A stretch of 64,000 nt of DNA from Azolla caroliniana (GCA_043228905.1 JBHGNT010000008.1:6386001-6450000); one strand, 5' to 3'. Positions 47,709-61,584 are shown, counted from the first letter of the stretch. Notes: generated by a model not told the origin, from the sequence alone. Made by a program: numbers and translations.

Positions 47709-50700
47709 GGTTCAACATAATGTCTTGTGCCTCCTTTTATAGTGTTCTCAGGAGGAGTCCTGAAGCTTCTAGAATTTTTCAGAGAAATCTGGAATATACA
47801 TTAATTTCCTATAATAATACTTAAATGAAAATAATATCCTATGATTACAATAGATGGTATAATGGTCAAGAGCTCGACCCATATAACATAAGGTCATGGG
47901 TTCGAGTCTTACCATATCATGACACTATCCCCCCCCTTAGGACGACGAGTGTAACGAGTCGACGTTGATTGAGGACCGGGTTTGACCGGATACTATCGGT
48001 GGAAATCAGCAAGAAGATCCTGAGCATTGGCGACATGCTCAACAGGTTCCTAAGTACGTTCACTCGGACTATAGGCAAGCCAATTGACCAAATAATAAAG
48101 TTTGTTGTGAACAAATTTGGCGTCGAGGACAATAACAACTTCATACTTCGGGCCGACGTCTAACTCAAGTGGGGGTGGCGGCGGTGTAACACGATCGGGA
48201 ATAGTGTTTGCTTTATAAGGTTCAAGAAGAGAACTATGGAAGACCAGATGTATCTGAAGATGCGGAGGAAGATGAAGGCGGAATGTGACATCATTAGCCT
48301 TACCGGTAATACGGAACAAACCGAGTCGTTGATAATCCAACTTGTCGCACGGTCGAGTAGTCTTGATGTGACAACATAAGAGCCATACTCGATCTCTGAT
48401 GGCAAAAGACAAGGGAAGCCGATGACGATCCACATAAGTCTTCTGTGTGTGTTGAGCATGATGAAGATGAGTAGAGAGATCCATCTGGATCTTGCGTAGC
48501 CTCTCCAAATGATCCTCGGCACGAGGATTGGTAGGTAGCTATGGGGTGTCGATCACAGACCAACGAGGATGAGAACCAGTATAAGCATAAAATGGGGAGA
48601 CCCGAGTCGAGGAGTGAATAGCGTTATTATAAGCAAACTCCGCAAAGTGCAGAATATTAGCCCAATCATCCTGTTGATAACTCAAAAAACACCGGAGGTA
48701 TTGTTCCAGCGTTTGATTTGTTCATTCCGCCTACCCATCGATCTGGGGATGGTAGCCAGATGAGAGGTTACAAGAGACCTTGAGCATCTTGAAGAGATGC
48801 TTCCAAAATTTGGAGACGAATTGAGGTCCACGGTCACTGATGATACTGTCTAGGAGGCCATGATGCCGAAATACTTCATGCATGACAAGGGCGGCGGTTT
48901 CCTCACTAGTGATGGCCTTAGTACATGGCACAAAATGTGCCATCTTAGGATATTGATCAACAACGGTTAAGATAGCATCGAAACCCTTCAAGACCGGAAG
49001 ATTTGTGATAAAATCAAGACAAATAGACTTCTATGACTTACTTGGAATCGGTAAGGGTTCCAACAAGCCATATGGATGATGTCGTGGCATCTTTGCTCGG
49101 TAGCAAGCATCAGAGGTCCGAACGTAGTCGTCGACAAAACGTCTCATATGGGGCCACCAAAAAGATCGTTGAACTAGATCCAACGTCTTCGTACTACCGA
49201 AATGTCCCGTTGTATGGGTGTCGTGACAATTTTGGACGATTTGAAGGCGACAGGAGCAATCGGGAACATAGACGAGCTTTTTAAAGAACAATAAGCCATC
49301 ATGATATTCGAATTATCGGTAGTCCATACCTGGTTGTTGAGACTGGGAACAGGATGCCCAAGAGGTATCAATGTGCGCTAGAATGTCTTGAGCAAAACTG
49401 TCCGTCTTCAAGTTAGCATGTATGGCATCGATAATTCGGGAATCTAGTGGAATGTGAAAAATCCGCGTTGTGTGCAAACGTGTTGGTCCTAAGATTACCT
49501 GCGTTTGATTATCAAACACTGGATCACCAAGATGAGGTGCAAGATATGAATGCCACAATAGTGCATCTGCTTTTCCTTGCTGCTTCCCTGATCGATATGT
49601 GATTTTGAAGTCAAAACACGTGAGGAATTGGGCCCATCGAACTTGTCGTCGATTTAGTACACGAGCATTCTAGAAATAAGCAAGATTTTTGTGATCACCG
49701 AAGATGATGACCTGATGTGGAGAGCCCTCTAAGAAGTTCCGCCATTGCACAAATGAATCCACGATGACTAATAACTCATTGTCATGTATCTCGTAGTTGA
49801 TTTCTGCGGCATCAAATTTGCGTGAATGGAAAACCAGAGGATGTAACTCTTCTTTATCTCCTTGTTGAGAAAGGATGCTATTGAGGGCAAAATCCGATGC
49901 ATCGGCCTCCATGATGAATGGTTTGTTTATATCCACATGAGCTAGAATAGGAGCTGATGTAAAGGCTTTCTTAAGATGCCTAAAAGCCATGTCCACTTCA
50001 TTGAACCAAGGAAATGCCTGTCCCTTCTTCGTAAGCTGTGTGAGAGGTAAAATAATCTTCGAGCAATCTTGTATAAACTTGCGGTAGAAGTTACCAAAAC
50101 CTAGGAAATATTGTACATCTCGTAAAGAACGTGGAGTTTGCCACTCTAGCACAGTTTTGACTTTAGCCGGATCCATGGAGATGCCCTTTGAGAAGATGAC
50201 GTAACCTAGAAATTCCACTTGCTTGCAGTCAAAGCTACATTTTTCTAGTTTGGCATAAAGACCATTCTCTCGGAGTCATTTTAGTACTAATAGTACATGA
50301 GAATCATGCTCTTCCTTGGTCTTCAAATAAATCAATAGATCATCCAGATAGATGATCAAACAGATATCCAAGAGGTCTCTGAATATATCATTTGCCATGT
50401 GCTGGAAGATTGCGTGGTTAGACCGAACGACATAATGGTATACTCGAAATGCCCATACTGCGTGCGAAAGGCGGTCTTCCATTCGTCTCCCGGTCGGATC
50501 CGGACGAGGTTATACGCTCCTCATAGATCGATTTTTGTAAAAAACTTGGCACCATTTACTCGCTCTAAAAGACTTGATATAAGAGGAAGTGCATACTTAT
50601 TCCTGATGGTGACCTTATTCAAGCCACGGTAATCAATGACGAGACGAAGTGATCCATCTTTCTTCTTGACAAAGCAGATGGGTGCACCGGATGGAGATTT

Positions 50701-52831
50701 CGAATGACAAATAAACCCGCTTGCCAAGTTCTCCTCTATGTAGGCTTGAGGACTTCTAACTCGGTTGGTGACAAGTTGTAAATTTGTCCCTATGCTGGCT
50801 TTGTTCCTGGTTGTAAATCGATGGGACAATCGTAGGGACGATGATGAGGAAGAGTACCGGCTTTTACCTTGTCAAATACATCGACATAAGGATGATATTT
50901 CGCTGAAAGTTGCACTAAGGATTCCTTCTTAATATTGCTGGAAGGATGTACTGATATTGCAAATAGAAACATTGCCTCCTTGTGTCCTTCTTCGCGTAAT
51001 TGATGGAGTGAAATGGTCGAAACTCGATGAGTAGATTCTTGGGATTGTCGATACCGGACTTCTCTTGTTCTCCAATCTATGTTGGATTATGTAATTCAAA
51101 CCAAGGTAATCCCAGGACAATGGGATGCTTTGGACTACTAATTATATTAAATGATACCACACACACAAAACTACATAGGACAACCTGAATGGGTTCTGAC
51201 TTTTCTACAATATTCCTGGAAGCAATGGGACGACCATCAATGACTACTACAGATGCGGGGCAAGGAAGTTTTCTTAAGGATATCTAAGAAGCTTGGGCAA
51301 AATTTCGATCCATGAAACAGGAATTGGCTTCAGAATCTAAAAGTGCTAGGACGTGTACTAGAGGAGTACTTTTAGTACTAACCATGACTTGGGCTAAGAA
51401 CACATTGCTAACTTGCTTGGAGGGAATGGAACCACTAATGGACTGTACAGATCTAGGGCTGTCCAACCAAACGGCTCCTATTTTGGCTGGACTCAGTCGT
51501 TTAACTCTTCCTCTAATTGACTAAGGATTTCAAATTTGTTTGAGATACTTGGGCTATTAGTACTATTAATACTATCAGACACTCCTAAGGGAAGAATTGA
51601 TTCCGGTTTAGTACAGGCTATGATTTGATTTACCTATCTTCTTGGCCTATGGGGACAGTTGATTGTGATATGCCCTAGTCCACCGCAATAAAGACATAAT
51701 TGATTTGCACGTCGTCGTTGCTTTTCTTCTTCCGATTAAAGGCCACGTCGACACATAGTGTCGATCTCCATCGGTGTCGGAGTATTTGCTTGAGATATGT
51801 CTCGTGCAAACGGTTTAGCCACGATTGAGGCGTATGTGGGCTCTGACCTAGGGCGTGGTATTTGTAATTGACGTTTAGAACGTCGTTCGAAAAGGCGGTT
51901 GTCGCATTGGACCGCTCGACTGATTGCCTTTGTAAGAGACTTTGGTTCTTTGGGGAAGGTTAAGAGTAAATCTTTGACATCATTTTGCAGGCCATAGCGA
52001 ATCTGCTCCATTAGTGCCTGATCATCCCAGGGGATATCTGAGGCGAGTAGATGGAAATCCACCGCGTAGGCAGAGGCTAGATGATCACCTTCACGCAATC
52101 GTCGGATTTTGTTGATCGCCGTCTTGATGCTGTCGGTATCTCCAAAGTAGGCTTTAAACTTGCTAATAAAGTCTTCAAAGTTATTAAGCAAGGGCGATTG
52201 TTTTTCTAGAAGCGGAGCAAACCATGCCAAGGCTAAGCTGCTAAGCAATGTGCCTATTAGGCTGATTCGGGATGCATTAGTGGGGTATCGGGAAGGATGC
52301 ATTTGAATGACTAAGCGTACTTGATTAAGAAATCCCCTGAATTGCGATCACGTTCCATCGAATTTCATAGGAAGTCCAATCTTGGGCTCTTTATGAAATC
52401 CTTGGGGACTTGATCCTTGTTGTTGCAACACTACGATGGTTGCTTCGAGTTGTTGTACACGTAACGCTAACTCCCCATGTTGCTGTTGTAACTCCCCATG
52501 TTGTTGCTGTGTTTGCTGTTTTTCTAGAGCGATTTGTTGAAGATCCCCTAACAATCGTTGGTTTTCTTGTTCCAAGGCAACAAAATTTTCTTTTAGACCC
52601 TGTAGCTCAGAGAAAATGGATTGATATTCTTGGGCGCTAATAGTAGCCATAGTATTGGAAAAAAGGGGTAAGAGGATGGGGGAAACCGAAAAGAAGACTA
52701 GAGGAAAATTGGTTCAAACTGTCAGGAATAGTACTAAAACAGAGAGAGAATTAGTACTGGAGAAGCAAGTACTATTAGTACTAAGAGGACGTGACTGCGT
52801 AAGACTCCCGATAGAGGGAGAGAGAAGAGGG

Positions 52832-52863
<32 letters not shown>

Positions 52864-53144
52864 GATAACAAATGATATATTATATGAAGAGGAAGTAAAA
52901 TGGCTATGAGGCTTAAGACTGGCGTTTAACCAATTTGGTTCAACATAATGCCTTGTGCCTCCTTTAATAGTGTTCTTAGGAGGAGTCTTGAAGCTTCTAG
53001 AATGTTCCAAAGAAATCAGGAATATACATTAATTTCCTATAATAAAACTTAAATGACCCTATGTATTACAATAGATGGTATAATGGTTAAGAGCTCGACC
53101 ATATAACATAAGGTCATGGGTTCGAGTCTTGCCATATCATGACA
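47709..53144 (-). mobile_element. Chromovirus copy 3 (older, many stops and frameshifts)
   Basis: 5' LTR 52720-53144, partial 3' LTR 47709-47924, PPT, and gag/pol/chromodomain fragments homologous to copy 1. Confidence 0.92.
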
Positions 53145-54891
53145 GCACATAGTCAACCACACTATTTCCATCGTGTTTTCTACATGTAAAGCCGTTAGTA
53201 TTGGGCCATTAGGAAACACCATTTGCAATAAGCAATCCTCTACTATTGCACATTTGTAGGAGTAGTTTCCCAAATTGGTCCGGATCTTTTTCATCCCTAG
53301 AAGATGGACTATACATTTGCATATCCTCTTGCATCCTTGAGATATGTGGCATGAAAGATTCTTGTGAATCAAGTTGGAAACTTGTTGTATGAGCATTCAT
53401 GTCACCACAGACAATAACTTCCCCTTTGGATTTGAAATAATCAATATCATCTTCTAGATTTGCAAAATGTTGATCTTTATCCAAACAAGCATAGAAGTTA
53501 GAATCTTGATGAGGAATGTAACATCTAATGACAAAAAGTGGGCAAATCATTAGGTGTTTCGATTTTGAGCCATATGTACCATTTATGTTCATCATTTTTT
53601 ATGATTGACACATATTTCTCTATTTCCTTCTTAATCAAACATGCCACTCCTCCTTGTCCTCTTCTTTGTCTTGGATTTTACTCCCATTTCAAAGAGTGTA
53701 CATTATAGTTTCCTAAACCTTGAATCCTTTGAGTATCATGCTCCCATGTTTCAATAAGAAGTGTGATATCTGAGTCATCGATGAACTCCTCTATGCTGAA
53801 TCCCGCATTCCATGGGTATCCATTGCAATTCCAAAAACATAGTCGTAAAAGACGTGGTTTAGTCTCATAGGTCACGTGTCCCTATTTTCCTACATTTCCA
53901 TCTTTAAGCACATCCTTAACCTTATTTTTCAATCTTTCTTCATATGCTTTACGATGAGCATTTTGTTGTGAGATAGTACGATCTTCACTCACAAAGCATT
54001 GCGTACCTTTGAGGTATACCCAACTATTTTGGAGTATGATCCGCCAATTTGTATCATCTGTCATTGTGCATACAATGGGCCTTTCTCTGGAGCGAGTAAC
54101 ACCATGTTTCCCAACTCAGTGTGCCCCATATACATTCACATCCGACATCCCATAATGCATGCTAAAAAATTCACCAATGGCCTTTCCAAGGGAAGCGGGT
54201 GTTTCCATGCTCTCCTCTTTAATCCCACGGATAATAATGTTCTTTGATCTTCGTTCACGCTCTTTCAATTCTTGGGCATCTATGCTTTCTATATTCTTCT
54301 CTTGATGCATCACATGCATATTAGATGAGTTTGATACCCCATCCCCACCACATACATCGGCCCATGATTTCGTTGTATATACATTTTTCATCTCACTTAC
54401 ATCCCGCCTCATCGTGTCTAATTTTTCTTCTTTTAATGCTTCCTTTAACTCAATCTTATTAAGGCGCTCATTTGTTTCAATATAAGCTCTTTTACATTCT
54501 TGAATCTCTTCTTCAAGTTTCGCAACCACTTTCTTTAGAATTTCATTCTCAATGGCAATAGTTTGGAGCTTAGTATTCTCTTTCATTAACGTCCTAATCT
54601 CTTCACCTTGCTTATTTATGGTTTCTTGAAGAGAAATCAAGTGACTCATAAGCATTTTGTCCATTGTGTTTATTGCATTGGAATCAACATTTGTTGGTGA
54701 TTTTGGTTCATTATCAATCATAGTCCCGAACTTTGAGACGGCCTTATGAGTGTGTGTCATTGTAGGACCAAACCCTACGAGAAGAGAGAGAGAGGGAGAG
54801 AGAAAATGTACCTTTGACTTGATTTAGGGCTTCAAAATCTACCTTGCGTTTGAGGATCCGTGGGGTAAAGATGGATGCAGACGAAAATGGA

Positions 54892-54928
<37 letters not shown>

Positions 54929-55659
54929 ACAAGAAAATACAGAAAAACAGAAAACTGTATTAACACTAGTAAGAATGAGCCAACAATTACAAAGAGAAGG
55001 AGAAGCTGCTTATGTAGTCACCTTCTCTCTAAGTTCTCTAATTGAAATGACCCCTTGAGAAAGGGGTTGAGCCTTAACTACTTAAAGAATATGTGTCATA
55101 GGATATTAACTTCTATGACACACTAGTTTACTATACAAGGAGGTGGGGTGTTCACACACTTGAGTGTCTTAGAGTGTGTTCCCACACATGGGAAGTTGAG
55201 TTTGATTCTCAATACACCCCTTCAAACACAACTACTGGTCACCGGATCGTTGGTTCGGAAAAGGTCTTTTGGTCAATTTCGAGTCGACCAACTTCAACGT
55301 TGGACTAATGCTGCTCCTTACTCCTCCTCAAGCTCGGCTCGTTGATGGTCGAAAGACCTAGGTTCGGGGTGAATTTCCGTAGCTTGTCAATCCCCAAGGC
55401 CTTGGTGAAGATGTTGATCATTGTAGGTTTGTGTTGATGTGTTGCAGGTTGACATCCCCGGCCAGAACATGCTCTCGGATGAAGTGATAGTGCACTTCGA
55501 TGTGCTTGATCCAAGCGTGGAAAACTAGGTTTCGAGCTAGGTGAATACTGCTCATATTGTCGTAGTAGAGGAGAATTGGTTCTAATATGGGAATGCCCAG
55601 ATCCTTCCATATCCATTTCAGCCAAATGGCTTCACAGGTGGCAACTTCCGCGCCCCTAT

Positions 55660-58485
55660 TGTTAAGAGTCTATTACTAATCAATAGACCAAAGTAAAGTA
55701 AAAGAAGGAAAATAGATTGGATAGAAGAACCCATTGCACCTGACCACCCCCGAGCTATGATCTAGACATAGCCAACCTACCACTGACGTCCCATACCGCC
55801 GGATATTAGGATGACTAATAGCTTGCAAGAGATAAACACGATCGTTGAGACGAAATCCTAGCCCGCACCACCTGTTACGGGCATGACATATAATATCCCG
55901 TGGTAAGAATTTATTGTAGTATTCTATACACGTGGATAAGTGTGAGGGTTAAACGAGAGTGTAAAGAAGCGGAGGATTACTTTTAAATCCTCGAGATTGA
56001 GACAACCCATTAGGCCAAGTGTGAACATGGTTGGGGGCCTTGGGTATCGCTATAAATAAGAGGCCTAGCTACCCTCATTTCATTATCTTGTTGACTACGT
56101 CGAGACTCTGTCTTGTAGTGGGTCAACTCTTGTAGCGAGCGCGCCAACACCAGGTATGACTCAACGCCACGGCGGTGGTATGGGACGCCGATCGAGGCTC
56201 GAGTCCGTCTCGATCCCTTTGCTCGAGGGTGGTCAGGTGGATCGGCACCCTTCTTTCTCTCTCTCCTTTCTATCTATTTATCTATTTTCTATCCTTATGT
56301 AATGCTTACATTAGTCTATGTCTCTAATATTTGGTATTAGAGCTCATTTTCTAATGTTTCTTTTGTTGTGTTTTGTGTTTTTTATTGATGGTGATCGATC
56401 TACGTGCGGTCGGCCTTCATGCAGACAAGGATCAACAAAGGAACTTCGGTAATCTTTCTTGTTTTTTCTATTCTTTATTCTCCCAATTTAATCATGTGTA
56501 TGGTTAATATGTAATTTTTTTTATAGATTCAATGATGTTGTAGTGGTAATTAATTGGTTATATAAAACGTTTACATATGTGTACGAGGTCAATACCTCAT
56601 TTGACGTATATTGAATATGTGATGAGTGTCGTATGCACACGAGGTTAATACCTCAATTGCGTATTATGTTCACAAACATATGTTACGTTTGCGTATGAGG
56701 TCAATACCTCGATTCGTTGCAAATGATATGCATTTGGTCTCGTAGACGTATATGCCTCGATTACGTCATTTTTGGCTATTAAATATAATGATTTCTTTAA
56801 TATAGGCATATGTGGTCACGTGTATACGTAGTTGATCGTATATATGTGATAATACACATATGTGTATATAAATTATGACCTTATTTTAAATTGAATGTTT
56901 TCCTTTTCGGGGAAAGGATCCTGGTGGCTATCCTCACATTTTTGTGAGAATAGCGTTGTCACCATCCCTTTTTCCAACAATTTTTTATTTTTGAAATCCC
57001 CGTTGGTGACTTCGATATTTCGTTATGTAAAGAAACATCAATAGCCATAATGATGTTGAGTACGTAGGGCTTGACCCACTTCATGTGAGGTCGCTCCTAT
57101 GACACACGTATCCAACATCCCTCCCTCATTACATGGATACAATGCCACCATAAGATCATTCTTACGAGAGGCATTCGTAATGACATGACCATGTGATGGG
57201 CCACGTGGGCCTACTATGAAAAGAGGGCTCATTTGGCTTGACCAATAGGCTGCACTTTGGCGTATACCATCGTAATTAGGAGACTTGAGGTTAGGTAATG
57301 TACCAACATAGTTGTAGTAAATGAGGGCGAAATAAGGACTCTTGACATATATGTTTCTTTTAAAAAAACATATATGGGCAAATGCCTCGCATATCTCTTA
57401 TACGCATGAAACATTAAACATTCAGGAAAAGCAACTTACTTAGTTGGCTCAAGTGTTTAATGCATTTGTTCTCGAGGTCTCGAGTTCCAATATGACCAAG
57501 AACATACAACATCGTTGATACATATGACTATAACACATGTTTAGACTTGAGGTCTAAGTGCACTTTGGGGTCCTCTTAATAGGACTTAAAGAGCCGAAAC
57601 CACATATGTGGGCACCAAAACATAGTTTATTGTTAACATTTTTTTCGTGTATAAACTATTCATGATGCGAACATACATGGTTGAGCCTCGGGGAGCCGCC
57701 ATGAAAAAATTGATATAGAGATCAGGGAAAGACATTAAATTGTCACCCCCATGGTTTTTAAAACACCTTTGTGTTACCATAGTAACCTGATCTTGAACCT
57801 CATCTCATATGTCTAGAGGGGTATTGACGTGAGATCATGATATCGATTAATGTTTGTCCATGATAGGTTTACATCACGACATGATGTTATGACTATCTCT
57901 CTGACCTTATACTATTTCTTTTCCAAAAATAAATTTAATGGCTCAAAATAACAACCCAATGTCATCCGTTCAAGCGGAAGGAACTCAAGGGAATCCTCCT
58001 GGACAAATGTCCATTGAGATGTATTTTTCGCAAATAACCCAATACCTTAGTTTCACCGCTCAACAGATGACCAAACTTCGGCAATCTCAAAGTGCTCTCG
58101 AGGCACGTGTCATTAGTCTACAACGTGAGACTAATAGACCTGATGAGCGACAAGGTGAACCATCGTTTGTTGTTAAGCCATTTACGGGAGAAAAAAAGGA
58201 AAGAACCGAAGAAGCAATCTCCACGTGGCTGGTCCGATGGGATCATTTTGAGCTCTATCCCACGCCAGATAGTACGAAGATTGCATATGTCGGCCGAGAA
58301 CTAGGGGGTAAGGCCGCCGCTTGGTGGCGTGGGCTCCGTACTTTGGGGAAATTGCCCGATACCTAGACAAATTTTGTCACAGTTTTCAAGGGCCAATTTC
58401 TACAACCTCCCTCTCGAACCGAGGCAACACAAGCTTTAATGAACCTCTCTAGTCGGAAATTTTCCTCGCTAGAAGAATATGTCCA
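55660..58485 (+). mobile_element. 5' part of a tRNA-Met-primed gypsy: LTR 55660-56329, long leader, gag fragment 57938-~58485
   Basis: TG start, TATAAATA at 56051, PBS TGGTATTAGAGC 56332-56343, retrotransposon-gag-like peptide (PFTGE...WL..W...ELGGKAAAWWR). Confidence 0.75.
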
Positions 58486-59528
58486 CCAGGCGAGACAACC
58501 GAACACCTTTAGATGCTGGTAAGACACGTCTTTACCCGTCCATACTCTCTGTGGTGTGTCTCCGTGCAAGGGCGCTAAGGGTGATCTTTTTATCACATAG
58601 GTCGCCGTCATCAATGCCTCAGCCGAAAACTTCTTGGACAACTTAACATGTGCTAGCATGCTTCAGACTCTCTCCATCACAGTGCGGTTTATCCTTTTGG
58701 CCAATCCGTTCAGCTTTGGTGTCTTCGACACGGTAAATTTGAGCCGGATTCCTTTTGACAGAAAATATTCCTCGAACTACCCCCGGTACTCTCCACCATT
58801 GTCAGCTCAATCTACCTTCAGCTTCCGACCAATTTCTTTTTCCAATCTTGCATGGAACTCCTTGAAGACGGTCAGTACCTTATCTTTCGTCTTTAACGGT
58901 GAGACCCATAGCTTCCGGATGTGGTCATCTATGAACGTCACAAAGTACTGCGACCTAGCATTTGACTTCGTGTCCACCTGATATACATCGGTATGCACGA
59001 GCTCTAGGGGTTCTTTCCATCTTGTTGGTGGTCTCGATCGGAAAGAAGTTTGGTTCTGCTTGTCGGCCAAATAGTCAGTGCACTTCTCTTCCATACTGGG
59101 TTGTTGGAGCTAGTGAGCTTGAACATGCCACCGAATGAATCTTCCATTTTTTTTCTTTGTTGTTCGCTCTTATACTAGTTTGCACGGAATAGTGCTCGGC
59201 CACAACCGAGTCTCAATCGCTCAATGGAAGAAATAGGAAATAATGAATCAATAGATAGAATGCACTTACATAGTGAAAACAAGACGATTTGCCCTAAGTT
59301 ATATTTATACTTATATAACTTATGGGCAATTATTTACAAAAGTGGCCTCAACGGCCCATAAGAAACATATTTACCAATCAGTCTCTCTTCATGGTTCATA
59401 CTGGATCCATCCGAACCCCTTCTGGGTCCATCCGATCCGGTTTCCGGATATCCTTCGGGTCGCTCTGGTCCGTTTACCTTCTTCTTCGGCTTCTCCAATC
59501 CCCATCCGGAGGGACCAATATGTCAACG
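58486..59528 (-). mobile_element. Internally deleted copia A-family fragment: 5' LTR (~59181-59528), PBS, gag start fused to integrase
   Basis: MEDSFGGMFKLT start at 59147. Integrase LELVHTDV...YFVTFIDD. LTR end CCCATCCGGAGGGACC matches the copia A LTR. Confidence 0.75.
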
Positions 59529-61276
59529 TCATTGACACATCAATCTTGGATTCTTGTTCCATTCCATCTTGTCTCGTTCTTCATCTCTGTCATCATGCTC
59601 TCCATAACTTCCCAAGTTCATAGTCTCATCACTCACAACTTCTAGAGTTCCTAGCCTCGTCACTTATAGTTCCACGTTCTTCATCCATACTCCATTGTAG
59701 TCTGTGGTTGGTGTGTCTGTGAAAGTTTGAATCCCTTCGAACTGGAAGCATCACCTGTCTTCGTCATTGCCCTTGGCTTTGGGATCATCATTTTCAACAC
59801 CTCTTCTTGTTTTCATCAAACAGATTGATTTTGATCTCTCACCTTCACAGTTTTAGTGGGGGTTACAACCGCGCACTTTCCTGGTGGGGATCAAATCATT
59901 GCTTGTTTGCAGTCCATTTTCATTTCGATTCAACTTTCACTCCACTTTCCTTTGATGAGGATCGATTTTGATCGCTCACCTTCCCAGTTCTGGTGGGGGT
60001 TACAACCGCTCACTTTCCTGGTGAGGATTGCATCATTGCTCGCTTACACTCCTTTTTCATTTTTGTCTACATTTAACTCCACTTTCTTTTGATGAGGATC
60101 GATTTCGATCACTCACCTTCTAGTGGGGGTCACAACCGCTCACTTTCCTGGTGGGGATCACGTCAGTTTCTTGCTAGCGCTACCGTTTGTGCCGTGGTTT
60201 GGGTCAACCTCGACTATTTACCCTCTCATGATAGAAGAAGTTGAGTTGACCGCTTCACCTGCACTCCTTCGCCCTTTGTTGTTCTAGTTCCCGGTGAGGA
60301 CCGCACATGGTCACTCACGCCTGTTTGTGTTCCAGTTCGGATTCGCGATGAGGAATGCACATGGTCGCTCGTGTTCCAGTTCTCGGTGAGGACCACATGG
60401 TCGCTCACTCCCGTTCGTGTTCCAGTTCCCAGTGAGGGCCGCATGGTCGCTCACACCCGTTCGTGTTCCAGTTCCCGATGAGGGCTGCATGGTCGCTCAA
60501 GCCCGTTCATGTTCTTGATGAGGACCGCACATGGTTGCTCATGTCTATCGGTGTTTTAGACTTCAGTGAGGGCCACACATGGTCGCTCACACCCGTCGTG
60601 GTTCTAATCTCCGGTGAGGACCATACATGGTCGCTCACACCCGTCGGTGTTCCAATCTCCGGTGATGACCGCACATGGTCGCTCACGTTTGTTGGTGTTC
60701 TAGTCTCCGGTGAGGACAACATATGGTTCCTGATGCCCGTTAGTGCTCCAATTCTTATCCGCCCCTACAACACGCTTTCGAAAAGGTGTACGTAAAGGGG
60801 AGGATAATGTCACAACATAGTGACGTGAAATACATAGTTAGTGAGGATTGAACCTACAACCTCACATATACAAAACGTCATGCGCAACCATCTGGATATG
60901 AACATGTACTTATGGTATATTCTAGCATATATACATTCTAGAATATTCTAGAGCCTTTAGTGTATTCTAGAAATATTCTATGGCATATTCTAGACGAGTA
61001 TATTCTAGAGATACTGAGTCTCAAAACTTGTATAAATACTTGTAACCTCCTTGATCCCTTTCAAGGGATTGAACACCAGTCATTGACACATCAATCTAGT
61101 ATTCTTGTTCAATTCCATCTTGTCGCATTCTTCATCTCTGTCATCATGCTCTCCATCGCTTCCTAAGTTCATAGTTATCATCACTCACAACTTCTAGAGT
61201 TCCTAGCCTCGTCACTTCTAGTTCCACATTCATCATCCATGCTCCATCGTAGTCTGCAGTTGGTGTGTTCGTGGCA
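59529..61276 (+). mobile_element. Non-autonomous self-priming LTR element (partial 5' LTR 59529-59724; 3' LTR 60808-61276) with a tandem-repeat interior
   Basis: About 195-bp direct repeat between the LTR parts. PPT AAAGGGGAGGATAA. No coding domains. Interior of ~130-bp and ~42-bp repeats. Confidence 0.8.
60290..60730. repeat. About 10 copies of a ~42-bp minisatellite
   Basis: Unit approximately CCGGTGAGGACCGCACATGGTCGCTCACACCCGTTCGTGTTCCAGTT. Confidence 0.9.
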
Positions 61277-61553
61277 GTATTGATGCATCTTGTACTCCCA
61301 AGATGCGAAATTGTTTTTGTTGAGTTTCTCTATAGGAAGAGTGCTTCCGATTTGAGTGTTCATGTTGAACTTCTTCTTCTCTTGATTGAACTGTGCAGGT
61401 CATTGCTACAACGATCTACTGGTTCTCTATGAACACGGTATTATACACAACTCACGCGACGGCAATGGCCTTGGATCAAGCTACCAATCACTTTGATACC
61501 ATGTAAAGAATCAGTGATGATTATGTGCAGCGGAAGAGATGCACGCGTGCGCA

Positions 61554-61584
<31 letters not shown>

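Larger units (their letters stand above)
44661..54895 (-). mobile_element. Two-ORF LINE (RTEX/L2-like), decayed; interrupted by the MITE and chromovirus copy 3
   Basis: ORF1 about 53882-54760 (coiled coil, RERRSKNIIIRGIKE). ORF2 APE endonuclease (CFWNCNG, LIETW, GDMNA, SVVDY), RT (LYCCFVD.KKAFD, GVKQGCPLSPTLF) and C-terminal RLSSHALRCETGRW. 3' tail (CTAT)n. Confidence 0.88.
44587..55659 (-). mobile_element. Copia C (B-related) 3' LTR split by a LINE (44587-~44660 and ~54900-55214) plus RNase H remnant (55215-55659)
   Basis: LTR start matches 61502 onward. LTR end GGGAAGTTGAGTTTGATTCTCAATA plus CACCCCTT matches copia B. The RNase H ends ...IFTKALGIDKL...PSLRRS. Confidence 0.78.

Noticed and set aside
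56581-56712. CRISPR-like repeat-spacer look
   Set aside because: Eukaryotic retrotransposon leader, only 14-bp repeats in three copies, no cas genes.
58140-58170. Second hammerhead candidate (CTGATGAG)
   Set aside because: No stem II or GAAA core follows. It lies within gag coding sequence.
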